Positions 14,411 through 28,995 of a stretch of 64,000 bases of DNA are shown here, piece after piece. Both the position numbers and the translations under genes were made by a program. The DNA comes from Eledone cirrhosa (taxonomy: Eukaryota). Within the stretch, counting starts at the first letter, position 1; the number at the start of each line of letters is the position of its first letter. The DNA lies in assembly GCA_964016885.1 (NCBI GenBank), contig OZ024749.1:30380001-30444000 (forward strand), given 5' to 3'. The notes below the pieces were generated by a model. It was not told the DNA's origin. It saw only the letters and a program-made list of their open reading frames with translations, and made no database searches.

Positions 14411-14459
14411 TCAGTTAACCTGGGTCATACATACATACATACATATAGATAGGTATACA

Positions 14460-14511
<52 letters not shown>

Positions 14512-14513
<2 letters not shown>

Positions 14514-14702
14514 ACGAAGGAAATGTGGTAAGGAACCAGATGGACCATAACGCACCAAAGTACTCAATACTAAGGTAGTAGAGTGGGTAATAGGAACGAG
14601 TAGGACCCCGACGGCTGAGCTCAAGCCATTTCGACGGCTAATTCTGATTCCAGATTTAGCTGTCGAAACGGCTTGAGCTCAGCCGTCGGGGTCCTACTCG
14701 TT

Positions 14703-14707
<5 letters not shown>
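14512..14707 (-). mobile_element. Fold-back PLE-like end, family D (copies 17373-17557, 19473-19645, 23509-23655, 27721-27799, 35158-35298, 35399-35578, 39037-39269, 48696-48899)
   Basis: Nine copies, all next to (TA)n. Most contain GAAACGGCT-tgagctc-AGCCGTC, i.e. hammerhead GAAA, stem III and a GUC cleavage triplet. Confidence 0.8.
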
Positions 14708-14745
<38 letters not shown>

Positions 14746-15036
14746 TATATATATATTGTAATTGTAAGTATTTTGCGTATCATATAGAATATATTGTGCT
14801 ATTGCAATGGGGAGAGATACATAGATAAATAGATCGACAGCTAGGTAGAGAGATAGAGAGAGGGAGGAGAGAGAGTGAGAGACAGAAGGAGAGAGAGAGC
14901 CGTGTGAAGATCATAGACACAGTACCCTCCTCCGTGTGAACGCCATAGACACAGCCTCTTCTCTCCAAACCAGGACCATATAAAATATAACTGACTTAAA
15001 TAGATTAGTAAACGCTTGTTTCTGCTAACCCGAGTG

Positions 15037-15116
15037 TTTCAGTATTTCAAAGACACGTGTAGTTCAGTATTTCAAAGACACGTGTAGTTCAGTATTTCAA
15101 AGACACGTGTAGTTCA
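15037..15116. repeat. 25-bp unit repeated three times in tandem
   Basis: GTTCAGTATTTCAAAGACACGTGTA repeated. Confidence 0.9.
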
Positions 15117-16144
15117 CAGGCAGAATCAGCGTGACACAATATATGACGAAGCTGTACCTTACGATTTCAAATACAATTCCTGTAGCAGACTTCTGTACTG
15201 TTTCCCTCTACCTAGGTTCCATCACAAGTTTCAGGTCGACTCGAGGCTGCAGCAATGACGTTGGCAATGAAAGATATCACGTAGTGGGATCGAACACGTG
15301 ATCTCGTGAAATGAACTCTTGCTGCGTCCTGAGACGTCCTTAATAATTATTATGTGTGGTACTGTATTGAACAGTTAACTGATTTATAATTAAATTATAA
15401 ATTCTCCCCCAGTCCACCCCCTTAAAAGAAAGAAACACCAACCTGTTATACGTGACTTGCTAAAAATACGAACTCTATTAATTATTTCAACAAATCAAAT
15501 GTATTTAGTTTCATAAAGTTGCAATAAGAGTTATTGATATGAGATAGTGGCTGAAGAATTTCTCAACCCACACCTCTGTATGTCAGAATTCTTTAAAGTT
15601 TTTATTAATCGAATTAAATAAGAGCTGGGATCAATAAATTTTGAAATCTTCATTTTTGTTTTTAGTTTATTTCTGTTCTATTTTAAAGAAAAAATATTAT
15701 TTCTTAATTACGAAATGAAACTAAAATATAATATAGATTTATTATTTGTATGATGTCATGACGTATAATTTATTGGAAAGAGGGTAGACAGGGAGACAAT
15801 TCAGTCTTAATATATTACTGATAGTTGATGTCACGATCTTGAAATGTAATAAATACTGGGAATTGATATAATTAACCTAAACCATAGAATGTATCATTCC
15901 GGCATGGCTGTCGCCGAATGTCAGCATTTATTAACAGAATACGAGAGTCGGATCAAATATTCGTAGGCTGACCAAGACACTCTCCTGGAATGACCAAATG
16001 TGGTTTACTTTGCAACTTTCCCTGTAAAGAAAGAAAGCAGTTATTAGTAAGAAGATTTGAAATTAATGCACGCAAGAGTTCACAGCTCTAGCATCACACC
16101 TTCACAGTCAACCTATGAACCTTTCACCTTAACCTCGTATGCAT

Positions 16145-16187
<43 letters not shown>

Positions 16188-16479
16188 TGTGAAGGTCAGC
16201 TGACCCATACAGGTTGTGATGAATGTGGCCCTTTGAATTAACGTGTGAGTAAGCATTCCATAGTCACGTGCACCTTTATCGTAATTCTCAGGGAGATTCA
16301 GCCCATACAGGTTGTGATAAATGTTGCCCTTTGAAATAATATGTAATTGACTGAAGATACCATGAAACTGGTGTACACTTACAGTAATTCTCAAGGAGAT
16401 TCAGTGCGACACCGAGTATGACAAGGCGGATCTTTAAATTATGCATCATAGAGACAAATATTCCTTTAACGAAATTCAC

Positions 16480-16591
16480 CGACAGATGCAGCCTGAGGTG
16501 GTTCTTTGGCTTACAATTACAGATCTGTCAATTCTTCCTATCCGATGGAGAGATTCCCACTTGCTTTGGGATGGGTGGAAAATGTATGTTT
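16480..16591 (-). CDS. Candidate internal exon (ETYIFHPSQSKWESLHRIGRIDRSVIVSQRTTSGCICR)
   Basis: ttttcacAG acceptor, GTgaat donor; ends in phase 2, matching the start of the 13445-13636 exon. Confidence 0.4.
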
Positions 16592-17136
16592 CTGTGAAAA
16601 TGGGTATAGCTGTAAAATCTCTCAAATATTTTGCTTCATTTCTCCCAGTTCTGGTGCTCTTTTTTTCATAGTACACCCCGTTCTAGTTTTTAAAGGTTGT
16701 CAGGCCTGCAATTACAAGTAATTTATTAATTGTTGCCAGATGTGTGAACTGAAGCAACGGGAAGTAAAGTGCCTTGATCATACTCATTGGAGACACAACA
16801 CAATTCACAGTCTGGAAATCGAACTCAGAAACATAGGATAATCAACTGAACGATTTTAATGATTAAGCCACCTACATTCGCCGCCTATACAATCGGCATC
16901 GCCTGACCGATTGTATCGGCTACACGACCTGTGCAGTCTGCACCTCCTTTACAGCTGCAGCTATAGACATTTAAAAGAAAGAAATATTACCATTATAAAG
17001 AACTTTAGCTCCGAACGCAAACCGATTAATAACGGTGGAAGCTACACAAAAGGCACATCATTTATTAACATAACAAGCTTTTGACAATATCAAACTAAAA
17101 TCTAGTCATTTTGTAACATTAGACAAAGAACACTCG

Positions 17137-17190
<54 letters not shown>

Positions 17191-17297
17191 ATGTATATAT
17201 ATATATACACGTGTGTGGGTGGGTGTGTTTGTATGTATATGTATGTATATATATATATGTGTGTGTGTGTTTCTGTATATAAATATATACATATATA

Positions 17298-17377
<80 letters not shown>

Positions 17378-17554
17378 AACGAGTAGGACCCCGAGGGCTG
17401 AGCTCAAGCCGTTTCGACGGCTAATTCTGGACGTCGAAACGGCTTGAGCTCAGCCGTCGGGGTCTTACTCGTTCCTATTACCCACTCTACTACCTTAAGT
17501 ATTGAGTACTTTGGTGCGTTATGGTCCATCTGGTTCCGTACCACATTTCCTTCG

Positions 17555-17617
<63 letters not shown>

Positions 17618-17637
17618 TATATATACCTATATATATG

Positions 17638-17671
<34 letters not shown>

Positions 17672-17710
17672 TATAGGTATATATATATATATATATAGGT
17701 ATATATATGC

Positions 17711-17742
<32 letters not shown>

Positions 17743-17952
17743 ATATATATATAAATATATACATATATATATATGTGTATATATATATAAATATATACAT
17801 ATATATATATGTGTATATATATATAAATATATACATATATATGCATATATATATATATATATGCATATATATACCTATATGTATATATATATACACATAT
17901 ATATATATATACCTATATATATATATGTGTGTATATATATATATATACATAT

Positions 17953-17999
<47 letters not shown>

Positions 18000-18528
18000 T
18001 GTATATGTATATATTTATATACATAAACACACATATATATATACATACGTGTTTGTGTTTGGGTGTGCGTGCGTAGTTACTATGTATGTATGTTTATTTC
18101 TACATGTCTACATGTATCACTATAGTAAACAAACGCGGAATCTTTTCTTAAATAAATATTATATGATACAAGCAAGTTTGTATCAATGCGTAAGATATCA
18201 TAATTACATAACATTTTCCGAACAAAGTATGGCTTGAAATTTTATAAAGGGGAGGTGGAGGAAGGAAGCACAAGCCAAACATACACACCCATACACACAC
18301 ATACGTACATATGCGCACAGGCTCCCGCTTACACAGATACTCAAAGACATAAAAAAGAGTACAATTTTTTATGCCAAAAACTAGGCATAAATCATGGCTG
18401 TAGAACGTAAATATTTGATATGGTAACTTAGAATTTATATGTATATGTATATATATATATATAATTGGTGGGCGATGCTTAAAGTAACACTGATTCTCCG
18501 TTTCTTATGTGATATATATATATATATA

Positions 18529-18580
<52 letters not shown>

Positions 18581-18583
<3 letters not shown>

Positions 18584-19403
18584 CCTTCGTCAGTGATTTT
18601 CCAACCATCATTGGTATTTCATCGCATTAAAAATCAGATACCTCAGGTTGGTGCGAGCAATAACTAAAAAAAGTTGTTGTTTACTTGTCCCCCTCGCCTT
18701 ACGCCAATTCTGGTCCCAATATCCTTTTTTAGTTATTGCTCGCACCAACCTGAGGGATCTGAATTTTAATGCGATGAAATACCAATGATGGTTGGAAAAT
18801 AACTGACGAAGGACTATTTTTATCATATGTAACCCATGTGTAAACCACGCAGTATTCTTCTTTCTTCTCATGTTTTTTTATATATATTTACCTCGGCTGC
18901 GTTTGTCTGTTTCTCACTTACTGCTTCCCCGCTCTCTCTGTTTCTGTCACCTTCTTTCGCCCCCTCTGTCAGTTACACTTTCTCTCGACTGACCTATTCC
19001 TCACACTTCCACTCACTCACGCTCTGTTTCTTCCCTTCTCACTTCCTCCCGTTTGGCTTGTGTGGGTCTCTTCTTGCTCACATCTCACACACATCAACAC
19101 GGTCTGTACCTCTCCCGCTCATGAAATACACTCAGCTTATGTTGACCGGACAACCATGTTGCTTGTTTATTTTCCTATCTTCGGTTTGCTTTTATCCTTC
19201 TATGTTGTTTACTTGTCCCCCTCGCCTTACGCGAATTCTGGTCCCAATAACTATTTTTAGTTATTGCTCGCACCAACCTGAGGTATCTGATTTTTAATGC
19301 GATGAAATACCAATGATGGTTGGAAAATCACTGACGAAGAAATATTTTTATCATATGTAACCCATGTACAAACCACGCAGTGTTATTCTTTATTTTCATG
19401 TTT

Positions 19404-19405
<2 letters not shown>
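18581..19405 (+). mobile_element. Non-coding element family C, about 530-bp unit with terminal direct repeat and an inverted 5' piece (copies 49731-50000, 60611-61180)
   Basis: 18676-18870 is repeated at 19204-19405. 18583-18673 is an inverted copy. (TA)n flanks on both sides. Confidence 0.75.
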
Positions 19406-19477
<72 letters not shown>

Positions 19478-20033
19478 AATTGTGGTAAGTAACCAGATGG
19501 ACCATAACGCACCAGAGTACTCGATACTTGGGGTAGTAGAGTGGGAAATAGAAAAAGTATGACCCCGACGGCAGAGCTCAAGCCGTTTCCAGAAATAGAC
19601 GTCGAAACGGCTTGAGCTCTGTCGTCGGGGTCATACTTTTTCCTATATATATATATATTTCTTTTTTTAGTATATGTTGGTTGTTTACCGACACCTCCGT
19701 ATGCCGATTGGAGCACTTGACGAAGTGCGCAGGTTGGTTTGGTTACTCCGGAGTAATGTAAAATAAAACAAATAAGTCAAATATTTAAAATTTGGCTTCG
19801 TTTATTACTGGTAAATTACATTTCGGTGACAGCCATCTTTGGCTGTGGCCTCTTTAGGCAGTCCGAATTGGTGTGGTAGAGACGGGTACACATATTGTTG
19901 AGGGAGTTTAACTTCGTCAATACTCCGATATGCCCAATTCCGCGTTGGGTTGTTATTTCTCTGAGGAACTGGAATCATATGAATTCGAACAAACGAATTT
20001 AAGCGTCAGAAGACACCCTTCCTCCCATTGGTC

Positions 20034-20067
<34 letters not shown>

Positions 20068-20122
20068 AGAGAGAGAGAGATAGATAGATTGATAGATAGA
20101 TAGAGAGAGATTTATACAAATG

Positions 20123-20166
<44 letters not shown>

Positions 20167-20210
20167 TATATATATATATGTGTATGTATATATATATATA
20201 TATATATATC

Positions 20211-20702
20211 ACAGATCGATCTTTGACTCTTAGTAAAAGAGAGCCGAAAAATTTGAAGCAATTATTAACAAAAGCAAAGTTTGACCTTAACAACAAAGAC
20301 CAATCATTCACTGTATCTAAATGCAATGATAGTCGATGTGGCACATGTCAATCCATACACGCCGGTCAATATATGAAAACAAAAACTGGAAAAATATTCC
20401 CAAATGCAAATATGAACTGCAAAAGCAGAAATCTAATTTACTGCATTAAATGCCCGAATTGTGAAGAACTATATGTCGGTCAAACTGGAAATGCACTATC
20501 GGAACGTGCACGCGTACATCGACAGCAAATCAGAGACCCAAATGTCCGCCAGATACCCCTAAGTAACCATCTAGGAACATGTGGTCAGGGAATATTTATA
20601 ATATTCCCATTCTACAAATTACACAGCCCAAGTGAAATCAAGAGAAAAATCAAAGAAAAGAATTTTATTGATAAATTCAAACCCAAGCTAAATGAACAAT
20701 AA
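20211..20702 (+). CDS. GIY-YIG endonuclease domain of a 5'-truncated Penelope-like retroelement (Neptune/Naiad-type, C-terminal EN)
   Basis: [11 protein letters not shown] linker, C-x4-CxxC knuckle (CNDSRCGTC), [26 protein letters not shown], catalytic E, PKLN terminus. No stops. Confidence 0.9.
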   Translation, partial: TDRSLTLSKREPKNLKQLLTKAKFDLNNKDQSFTVSKCNDSRCGTCQSIHAGQYMKTKTGKIFPNANMNCKSRNLIYCIKCPNCEELYVGQTGNALSERARVHRQQIRDPNVRQIPLSNHLGTCGQGIFIIFPFYKLHSPSEIKRKIKEKNFIDKFKPKLNEQ

Positions 20703-21069
20703 TAATGCTTAGGGGTATTACTTCTACTATGACTACGACTACGACCACTAACAACAACAACAACAATAATAATAATAAAAATGATGTTCATGGTGATGAT
20801 TACTAGAAAATGCTATTTTCATCATTTCTAAAAATAGCAAAACAATTGATGCTTTGGATAGGGTCAATTAGTGGTCGTTAGGCATGCTCAACCAACCGTG
20901 ACGCCTAAACCAATCAGCTTTAGTAATCCAGTGAAACTACACACCGATTGGTCGAAATACAGTTTGCAAGATTTAGCATTCTGGAGCCACTTTTCACTGT
21001 ATATAAGGCACAAAATTTACCCATCTCATTACAGTTGAAAATTGCAAACTTGACTGTCACCACACATTA

Positions 21070-21108
21070 TGAACCTGAAGATTGCGAAAGCATGAAAGTA
21101 TTTGTTCA
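21070..21108 (+). ncRNA. Minimal type I hammerhead ribozyme
   Basis: TGAAC-CTGAAGA-t-TGC-gaaa-GCA-t-GAAA-GTAT-TT-GTTCA. Confidence 0.7.
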
Positions 21109-21772
21109 ATTAACACTTATCATTTAATATTCTACCATACTATTTCATTCTAATACCATTATAAATTTTAAAGTATTGTAAATAAAACGAGTAAATCACA
21201 CAAAGTTGGAATTCCTTTTATTAATATAATCTTCTATACACGATCATACACACCCGTGTATATTTATCTCTCTCTATCTATATATATAAACGGAAACATG
21301 AATGGACCCGGGTAAGCAAGAGTATTATGGTTGCTTACCCGCTTAAAGTGTTAAAGAATTCTATATAACTGCTCTGTAGAACAACTGTTGTTATTACATG
21401 TAACACCTTGCCACACAATAATCGTATATAAATGAGACACACTTGCATGCTCCATGTGTAACTAACGCATACACTACCTACTAGATCTGACTATCAAACT
21501 ATCCTCTTACATTATCTGTGTTATCTGTCGAATGTATTTTAATTTTGATTTTGATTTTGATTTTGAATTTGAATTGCTGTACAAAGATGGTATAGTATAA
21601 TATATGTCACACCACTGTACATCAATATATATATATGTATCTGTATTTCTCTTGCGTTGGAAAGGAGGTAAATTATATGTTCAAACATTGAAAAATGCTC
21701 ATAAGACACCAAGCCTAGGTTTGGATGAAACAATTGTAAGTGAATAAATGCTTTGAACATAACTTTGATTCT

Positions 21773-21869
<97 letters not shown>

Positions 21870-22130
21870 TTATAATAATAACCCTAATGCATATACACAC
21901 ATATCACACACATGGATGAAACAATTGTAAGTGAATAAATGCTTTGAACATAGCTTTGATTCTTGTGAATTCTATATAACTGCTCTGTAGAACAACTGTT
22001 GTTATTACATTGAGCTATTTGTAATAAATTACTGCCCTTCAGTTTAGGGTTTAAAATATACATAACTATAAAAAGTTTAAAATATACATAACCATAAATA
22101 GTATCCTTAATATTGTATATATATATATAT

Positions 22131-22275
22131 ATTGTTATACTTGGGGAGGGTCATATTTTTGTAATAATATTGCAGAATTAATAACAGAACACACTCAGTG
22201 TCTGGTTGGTTTTCGCATTTGTGTCTTTTATATCGGTTAATTTAATTTATTCGGTCCTCAATGTTACCATTGATT
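22131..22275 (-). mobile_element. Family P, a diverged relative of the family A end (second copy 23700-23900)
   Basis: TTGTTATACTTGGGGAGGGTCAT shared with family A; the 23700 copy also shares GAAATCGTGTGTCGAAAC. Confidence 0.6.
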
Positions 22276-22749
22276 TGTGGACAGCATAATATTCCTGCTA
22301 GAACAGAAAATATTTGAAATATATTTTCAGGGAGTTGAATTACTGATTTTGGATCGGCAGCTTTAGCTTTGAAAAAATGAAATGTGCAGTGTAAACATTT
22401 TTTATTATTCCTCCGGGGATGAATCTTCTCTGCCTTTTTCCATCTCTTTCTTTCTCTCTGAAAGAAATCAGCCGTAGTAAGACCTAAAAAAATGATTAGA
22501 TACACCATGACGCACCGTGCATCATGGAGGAGTTGAAAAGCAGACTCAGGACATGACGTTGTGTGGGGGTGGCTCGTAGCCCAATGTTCCAGGGGGAGCA
22601 AAAGAAGAAGAAGATAAAGAAGATAAAGAAGAAAGAAAAAGAAGAAGAAGGAGGTGTGAGCTGGAGTCCTATCAAATATGTAGGTTGTGTCTTAAATTGA
22701 AGGTTTAGTAGAAACAATTCATGTTATATATATATATATATATATATAC

Positions 22750-22843
<94 letters not shown>

Positions 22844-22855
22844 ATATATATATAT

Positions 22856-23451
22856 GCAAAAGTTCTATTTAAAGTTGTTGGGATACAACAAGTAAATATT
22901 TTTATAACTGATATAAAGCACTCGACAAATTTTTGGAGTAGATATACGATATTAAACAAATGGAAACTATATTTAGAAAACCATATTTATTTCATTATAC
23001 ATATTTCAGGGATACCATATTAAATTATGGTATGCCTTCATCAGACAAAATACAATATATAACAGTTTTACAAATAGCTTTGACGTACCCCTTTAAAATA
23101 CAACCATTACTTTTGGAGGCTGTCTGGATAGTGATTTGTTTATATAATAAGTCATAGTGTTAAGCACAACAAAGAAAAAGACGGAGAGAAAGAAAAAAAA
23201 GACGTCTTTTTTTTCTTTCTCTCCGTCTTTTTCTAATTGTGCTTAACACTATTATATAAACAAATCACTATCCAGACAGCCTTCAAAAGTAATGGTTGTA
23301 TTTTAAAAGGGCACGTCAAAGCTATTTGTAAAACTGTTATATATTGTATTTTGTCTGATGAAGGCATACCCTAATTTAATGTGGTATCCCTGAAATAGGT
23401 ATAATGAAATAAATATGGTTTTATAAATATAGTTTCCATTTATTAATATCG

Positions 23452-23452
<1 letters not shown>
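22856..23452 (-). mobile_element. Fold-back PLE-like end, family B (copies 33430-33620, 39332-39640)
   Basis: Inverted arms of about 250 bp plus a tail. CTGATGA-AGGCATACC..GGTATCCCT-GAAA hammerhead-like core at 23351-23404 (+), mirrored in the other arm. Confidence 0.7.
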
Positions 23453-23509
<57 letters not shown>

Positions 23510-24499
23510 ACAAAGAAGGTGTGGTAAGATACAAGGTGTCCCATAAGGGTACTCGATACTTAGGGTAATAGGAAAAGAGTCAGGGCCCCGCCGGTTGAGC
23601 TCCGACCGTTTCGACAGCTAGATCCGGATATAGCTGTCGAAACAGCCGGACCTAAAATGATGATGATGATGATGATGATATATATATATATATATATAGC
23701 GGCGATGAATTAGTTTAGCGAGGTTTTTTATATGAAATCGTGTGTCGAAACAGATATTGTTATACTTGGGGAGGGTCATATTTGCGTAATATTGCCAGAA
23801 TTAATAACAGAACACACTCACTGTTTGGTTGGTTTTCGCTTCTCGCTGTCTTTTATATCTGCGATCTAACTTACTCGGTCCTCAATGTTGCCATTGACTA
23901 ACCGACGGTCAAAAATAATACACATACAATATAGACACAAACACATATATATAGTTTACATAATTTACATAAATCTTTCGTTGCACATCTGCAACATCGT
24001 CAGTGGTGTTATATTTTTTTTCTCCTGTTGTGTTGTATGTCTGAATAAAAAATGGCGTAGACATACAACACAACAGGAGAAAAAAAATGACAAAGAACAG
24101 AGACTTAAAACATTATGTTGTTAGTCACTCCTCTCTTTATATACTCACACATACGATCTCTCTTTCTCGCTCTAGCAATTTTATAAAATCAAAGAACAAC
24201 AACATACACTCACACACATCAGCGTGTTGAAAAAAATCCGAATCGCTTCATCTTTCTCTTTCACTCTCTCTCTCTCTATATATATATAGTATAGATATAC
24301 CGGAAGTATTGAAATTTGAATCTTTTTAAAAGAAGTGAATCTTGAATAATATTTTTAATATCTGTTTAATCATGTGTTACGAAATTTAGTAGATAAATTA
24401 TGTAATATTCATTCATTATTTATTCAAAGTAATCCAACTTATTTTACAAGCCTTGATGATTTCTCCCGAATGAAACAGTTATAGTCCTGTAGAAGCCTT

Positions 24500-24579
<80 letters not shown>

Positions 24580-24853
24580 TAAAACATGTCTATAGAATCA
24601 CCAGATAAAATATATACCATTTCCTCTCCCAATTAGCATAATTAACCATATAAAAAATCGATTAGACCAAGCTATAAGAATAAAGGCTTCTATGAAGAAA
24701 TCTCCGACAAATAACCGAAATCAGCCCTTCGCGCCGGCTGCGACGGAATATTTATAGAGTATTTCGACAGCGTGTATGAATCGCCCAGATATACAGTCAA
24801 TTAAACAGAATTAGGTGTAAAATAAACTAGGAGAAAAGTGAACATATTTAGTT

Positions 24854-24931
24854 ACCTCGACCATGGTTTCGTCCGCATTTTAAGATATCCGATAGCTTCG
24901 GACACCTAGAGCACCGGACTCTTCAGGAAGT
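24854..24931 (-). ncRNA. Type I hammerhead ribozyme within the (TA)n-flanked element 24577-25152
   Basis: Minus strand: ACTTC-CTGAAGA-GTCC-(41 nt)-GGAC-GAAA-CCATGG-TC-GAGGT; canonical core with a GUC site. Confidence 0.85.
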
Positions 24932-25149
24932 TAGCTCAAATTTAGACAATAAATTTTCCAAAGTGATCGCGCCAAGAATACATTCAAAAATGGCTAAGAA
25001 TCGTGACGTAGCAGCGGTCAGGTTAGAAGGAATGTGGTTAGTTGCTTACGGCTGGTGGCTTTTTGCTAGAACGCGCAGCACAATACAGCCAAAATTGTAT
25101 CTCAACCTAAAGGTTTATATATATATATATTTAATTCTATGTCGAAATG

Positions 25150-25261
<112 letters not shown>

Positions 25262-26045
25262 CATTTCGACATAGAATTAAATTATTTTGGATTATGTCAT
25301 GTTATTTTTTATGATATTTCCGAAATAACTTACAAAATAGCTCAAGTTAGATAAATGCACATAGTTTATTAAATAAACTGAAACAACAATCCATAAGAGA
25401 CGTTTGATATTATTCTAAGATAAAATACACAATAAATCCACTTCATATTTCTGTTTTGTTTTACTTAGAATAGATTATATTTTGACAAGCAAAGTTTCAA
25501 ACAATATGCAAGTAAGTACGCCTGCACATTTGTGGCAAAACAATGGCATTTAAAAATGTTTAAATCAATTCATAGTATGAATAAAAGTGTATTTCTCATC
25601 TTGGAAATTATTTACATGTAATATACTATACGTGGCCTAATGGTAAGTGTGTTGCAGTTACGGTCATAATGTCATGGGTTTGATTCCTGGATTGGGTTGC
25701 CTGTGGTGTTCTTGAGCAAAACATTTAATTTCATGTTGCACCGGGAGGTGCGTGGCCTAGTGCTAAGTATGTTTAACTTACGTTCATAATATTCTGGGTT
25801 CGATTCTTGGATTGGGTTGTGTGTTGTATTCATGAGCAAAACACTTCATTTTACGTTGCTCCAGTGTAATCATCTGAGAAAGATTACCAATGATACTTAT
25901 ATGGGGAGGTTAACTCTGCGATGGACTGGCGTCCTATCCAGTGACTGAACTTTCAGTCACTTCACGCCACTGAAAGCGGGATAAACAACGAAACATCAAA
26001 CACTGGGTCATCGCAACTACCTGAAATATTTCTCTAGTTCTAGAA

Positions 26046-26243
26046 CAGTCATGGGCAAACTGCGGCCCATTTTGCTTTCTAAATGGCACACCTAATTTCA
26101 AAATTGCCTTGATATCTTTTTAGTAGTGTGGCTCACCTTATTATAATTGCCATTTGACTTCTTTCGTAGTGTAGCCCGCCTTTTGATGAGCCACATATTA
26201 TATGCGGCCCACTGTTTGGGAATTCTGAGGTTGCCAATGTCTG
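26046..26243. mobile_element. hAT (Charlie-like) MITE
   Basis: TIRs CAGTCATGGGCAAACT / AGGTTGCCAATGTCTG, subterminal TGCGGCCC motifs, TCTAGA-like target site. Confidence 0.65.
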
Positions 26244-26601
26244 ATCCAGACTTTTTGTTGACTTTGTTAATGTCTAAATATTAAGACTGTAAATCAAACA
26301 TCTAATGGCATGTCTTTCTCCGCTTCCAGTTGTCTTCCAGTTCCTCTTAGTGTTTACACTTCAAAATGTCTTTTTTGCGAAGGCGAATGTCTTCACGTAT
26401 CAAATACTCTATCAATTTCAAAATAGATTACCTATGTAGTATCTATCATCTCAGTTAATGATGCTATCAAATCGCAATAACGCTATTATCTTCAACTCTT
26501 CCAGGAACGGATATTTCCAGAATATCATGTTTCCTGCTTTTGCTTTTACCTTCTCGTTTTTCTTTTAAATAATTCCTTTTCTTCGAACAAGCAATATTCA
26601 A

Positions 26602-26633
<32 letters not shown>

Positions 26634-26634
26634 G

Positions 26635-26729
<95 letters not shown>

Positions 26730-26810
26730 TTGTGCAGCGATTCTTTGCTTAAACTTTAATCTGTTATTTAAATAAATATATATATATATTTATATATATT
26801 TATATATTTA

Positions 26811-26879
<69 letters not shown>

Positions 26880-26910
26880 TATATAAATATATATATATAA
26901 ATACATATAC

Positions 26911-27007
<97 letters not shown>

Positions 27008-27308
27008 GATATATATTCTATGTGTTTATGTATGTCTGTTTGTGTGTATCTGTATGTGCGTTGGTTTGTGCTTATATATGTAAATATACGCTTATACTTA
27101 CATACACTCGCGCATATATAACTCTATTACCGAAATGACGCCATCTTAAGCAGTTTTCTAAAAGTAATACAAAACCAATTCATGTAGGTTTAGATAGTTT
27201 CAGTAAAGTTTCAAAATAATTACTGTTTGTATTAATACTACAACGTGCTTATTGGTGTTGTAATCAGTAAGTTTATATCCTGTCATTTTTCTTACACACT
27301 CTCTCCGT

Positions 27309-27408
<100 letters not shown>

Positions 27409-27522
27409 TGTGAAGAAATACCAATGAGAATCAGCAGGCTACTGATGATGGACTTTTCCTGTTTCTCGGTCTATTTGTATTCATATGTTCATACTCGCAA
27501 CAACGCAGCACGCCATTTTTCA

Positions 27523-27574
<52 letters not shown>

Positions 27575-27629
27575 CATACAAATATATATATACATATATT
27601 ATCAATCCATATGTAATTATATAAAATCC

Positions 27630-27723
<94 letters not shown>

Positions 27724-27797
27724 CCCACTCTACTACCTCAAGTATTGAGTACTTTGGTGCGTTATGGTCCACCTGGTTCCTTACCACATTTCCTTCG

Positions 27798-27851
<54 letters not shown>

Positions 27852-28047
27852 GTGTGTCTGTGGGTATGTGTCTAGTTAAAGATAATTATGAATGTATTTA
27901 CGTATCCATCCACCTCTCAATCAACATACCTATCTGTCAATATGTCTATCTACTTATTTATATCCCCACTAACCCTAAACGCTTAACACGTCCGATGAAA
28001 CAAATGTGATAGCAGTATTTTAAAGTATATAGGCAAAGTAACCCCCC

Positions 28048-28139
<92 letters not shown>

Positions 28140-28527
28140 CGACATACTACCGCAGATCAGATACTTTATTTAACCTTTTCTGTCATTCAGACAAATTACT
28201 TACAGTTGAGATATTTAAACAGAACTTTACATTGAATCCCGAACAGAAGAATTTGACAGCTGTCGACAACAATGGCTGAATTTGTCGTCTGATTCACAAA
28301 ATTGTTTTTCAATTCAAACCTCAGCAAATTTCTGCAAAGTCTGCACGTATCGAAGCTTGAAGAATTCTTCATATATGAACTTTTGCAAACAATTATCCTA
28401 AGCTGCTTATTCTCATATTCACATATTCTTGCATACTTTTGTTCTTTTTACCCTTTCAGCCAGTCAATAAACTGCGGCCATGCTGTGGTGTCAACCTGAA
28501 AGGATTCCGTCGATCATATTGAACTTA

Positions 28528-28710
28528 GTGGCAGTATCGGTAGAGAGTTCGGCACCATGCTCTGAAGCATAGAGTTACATCCCTTTATGATCTGAGTTCA
28601 AATTCCGCCGAGGTTAACTTTGCCTTTCATCCTTACGGGGTCGATAAAATAAAGTACCAGTAATGTACTGGGTAATTGCTGGCCTTGTGCCTAAAATAGA
28701 AACAATTAAT
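28528..28710 (+). mobile_element. SINE family 1
   Basis: Matches the family consensus. Confidence 0.85.
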
Positions 28711-28995
28711 TACTTTTCTTTAATTCTGGTACTCATATTATCAACCTTTGGTTATTTTTGCCGAACAACAAACCCACGCATTAACCACAGAGACAGACAG
28801 ACAGACAGACACACACACATACACTCTCAAACACACACAAGCACGCTAACACCTACCCACCCACACACACGGTAACAACACACACATATGTATATATATA
28901 TATATTTATATGCATTGAAGTACATACATACATGCATACGCACACACACACGCATATATATATATATATATAATATATAAATATATATGTATATA

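Larger units (their letters stand above)
20210..21260 (+). mobile_element. 5'-truncated Penelope-like element: EN ORF, 3' UTR and hammerhead
   Basis: Begins directly after (TA)n. GIY-YIG ORF is followed about 370 nt later by a hammerhead. Confidence 0.8.

Noticed and set aside
19270-19325. SECIS element in family C
   Set aside because: The spacing between the putative AUGA and GA is too short for SECIS helix 2, and the AUGA is not conserved between copies.
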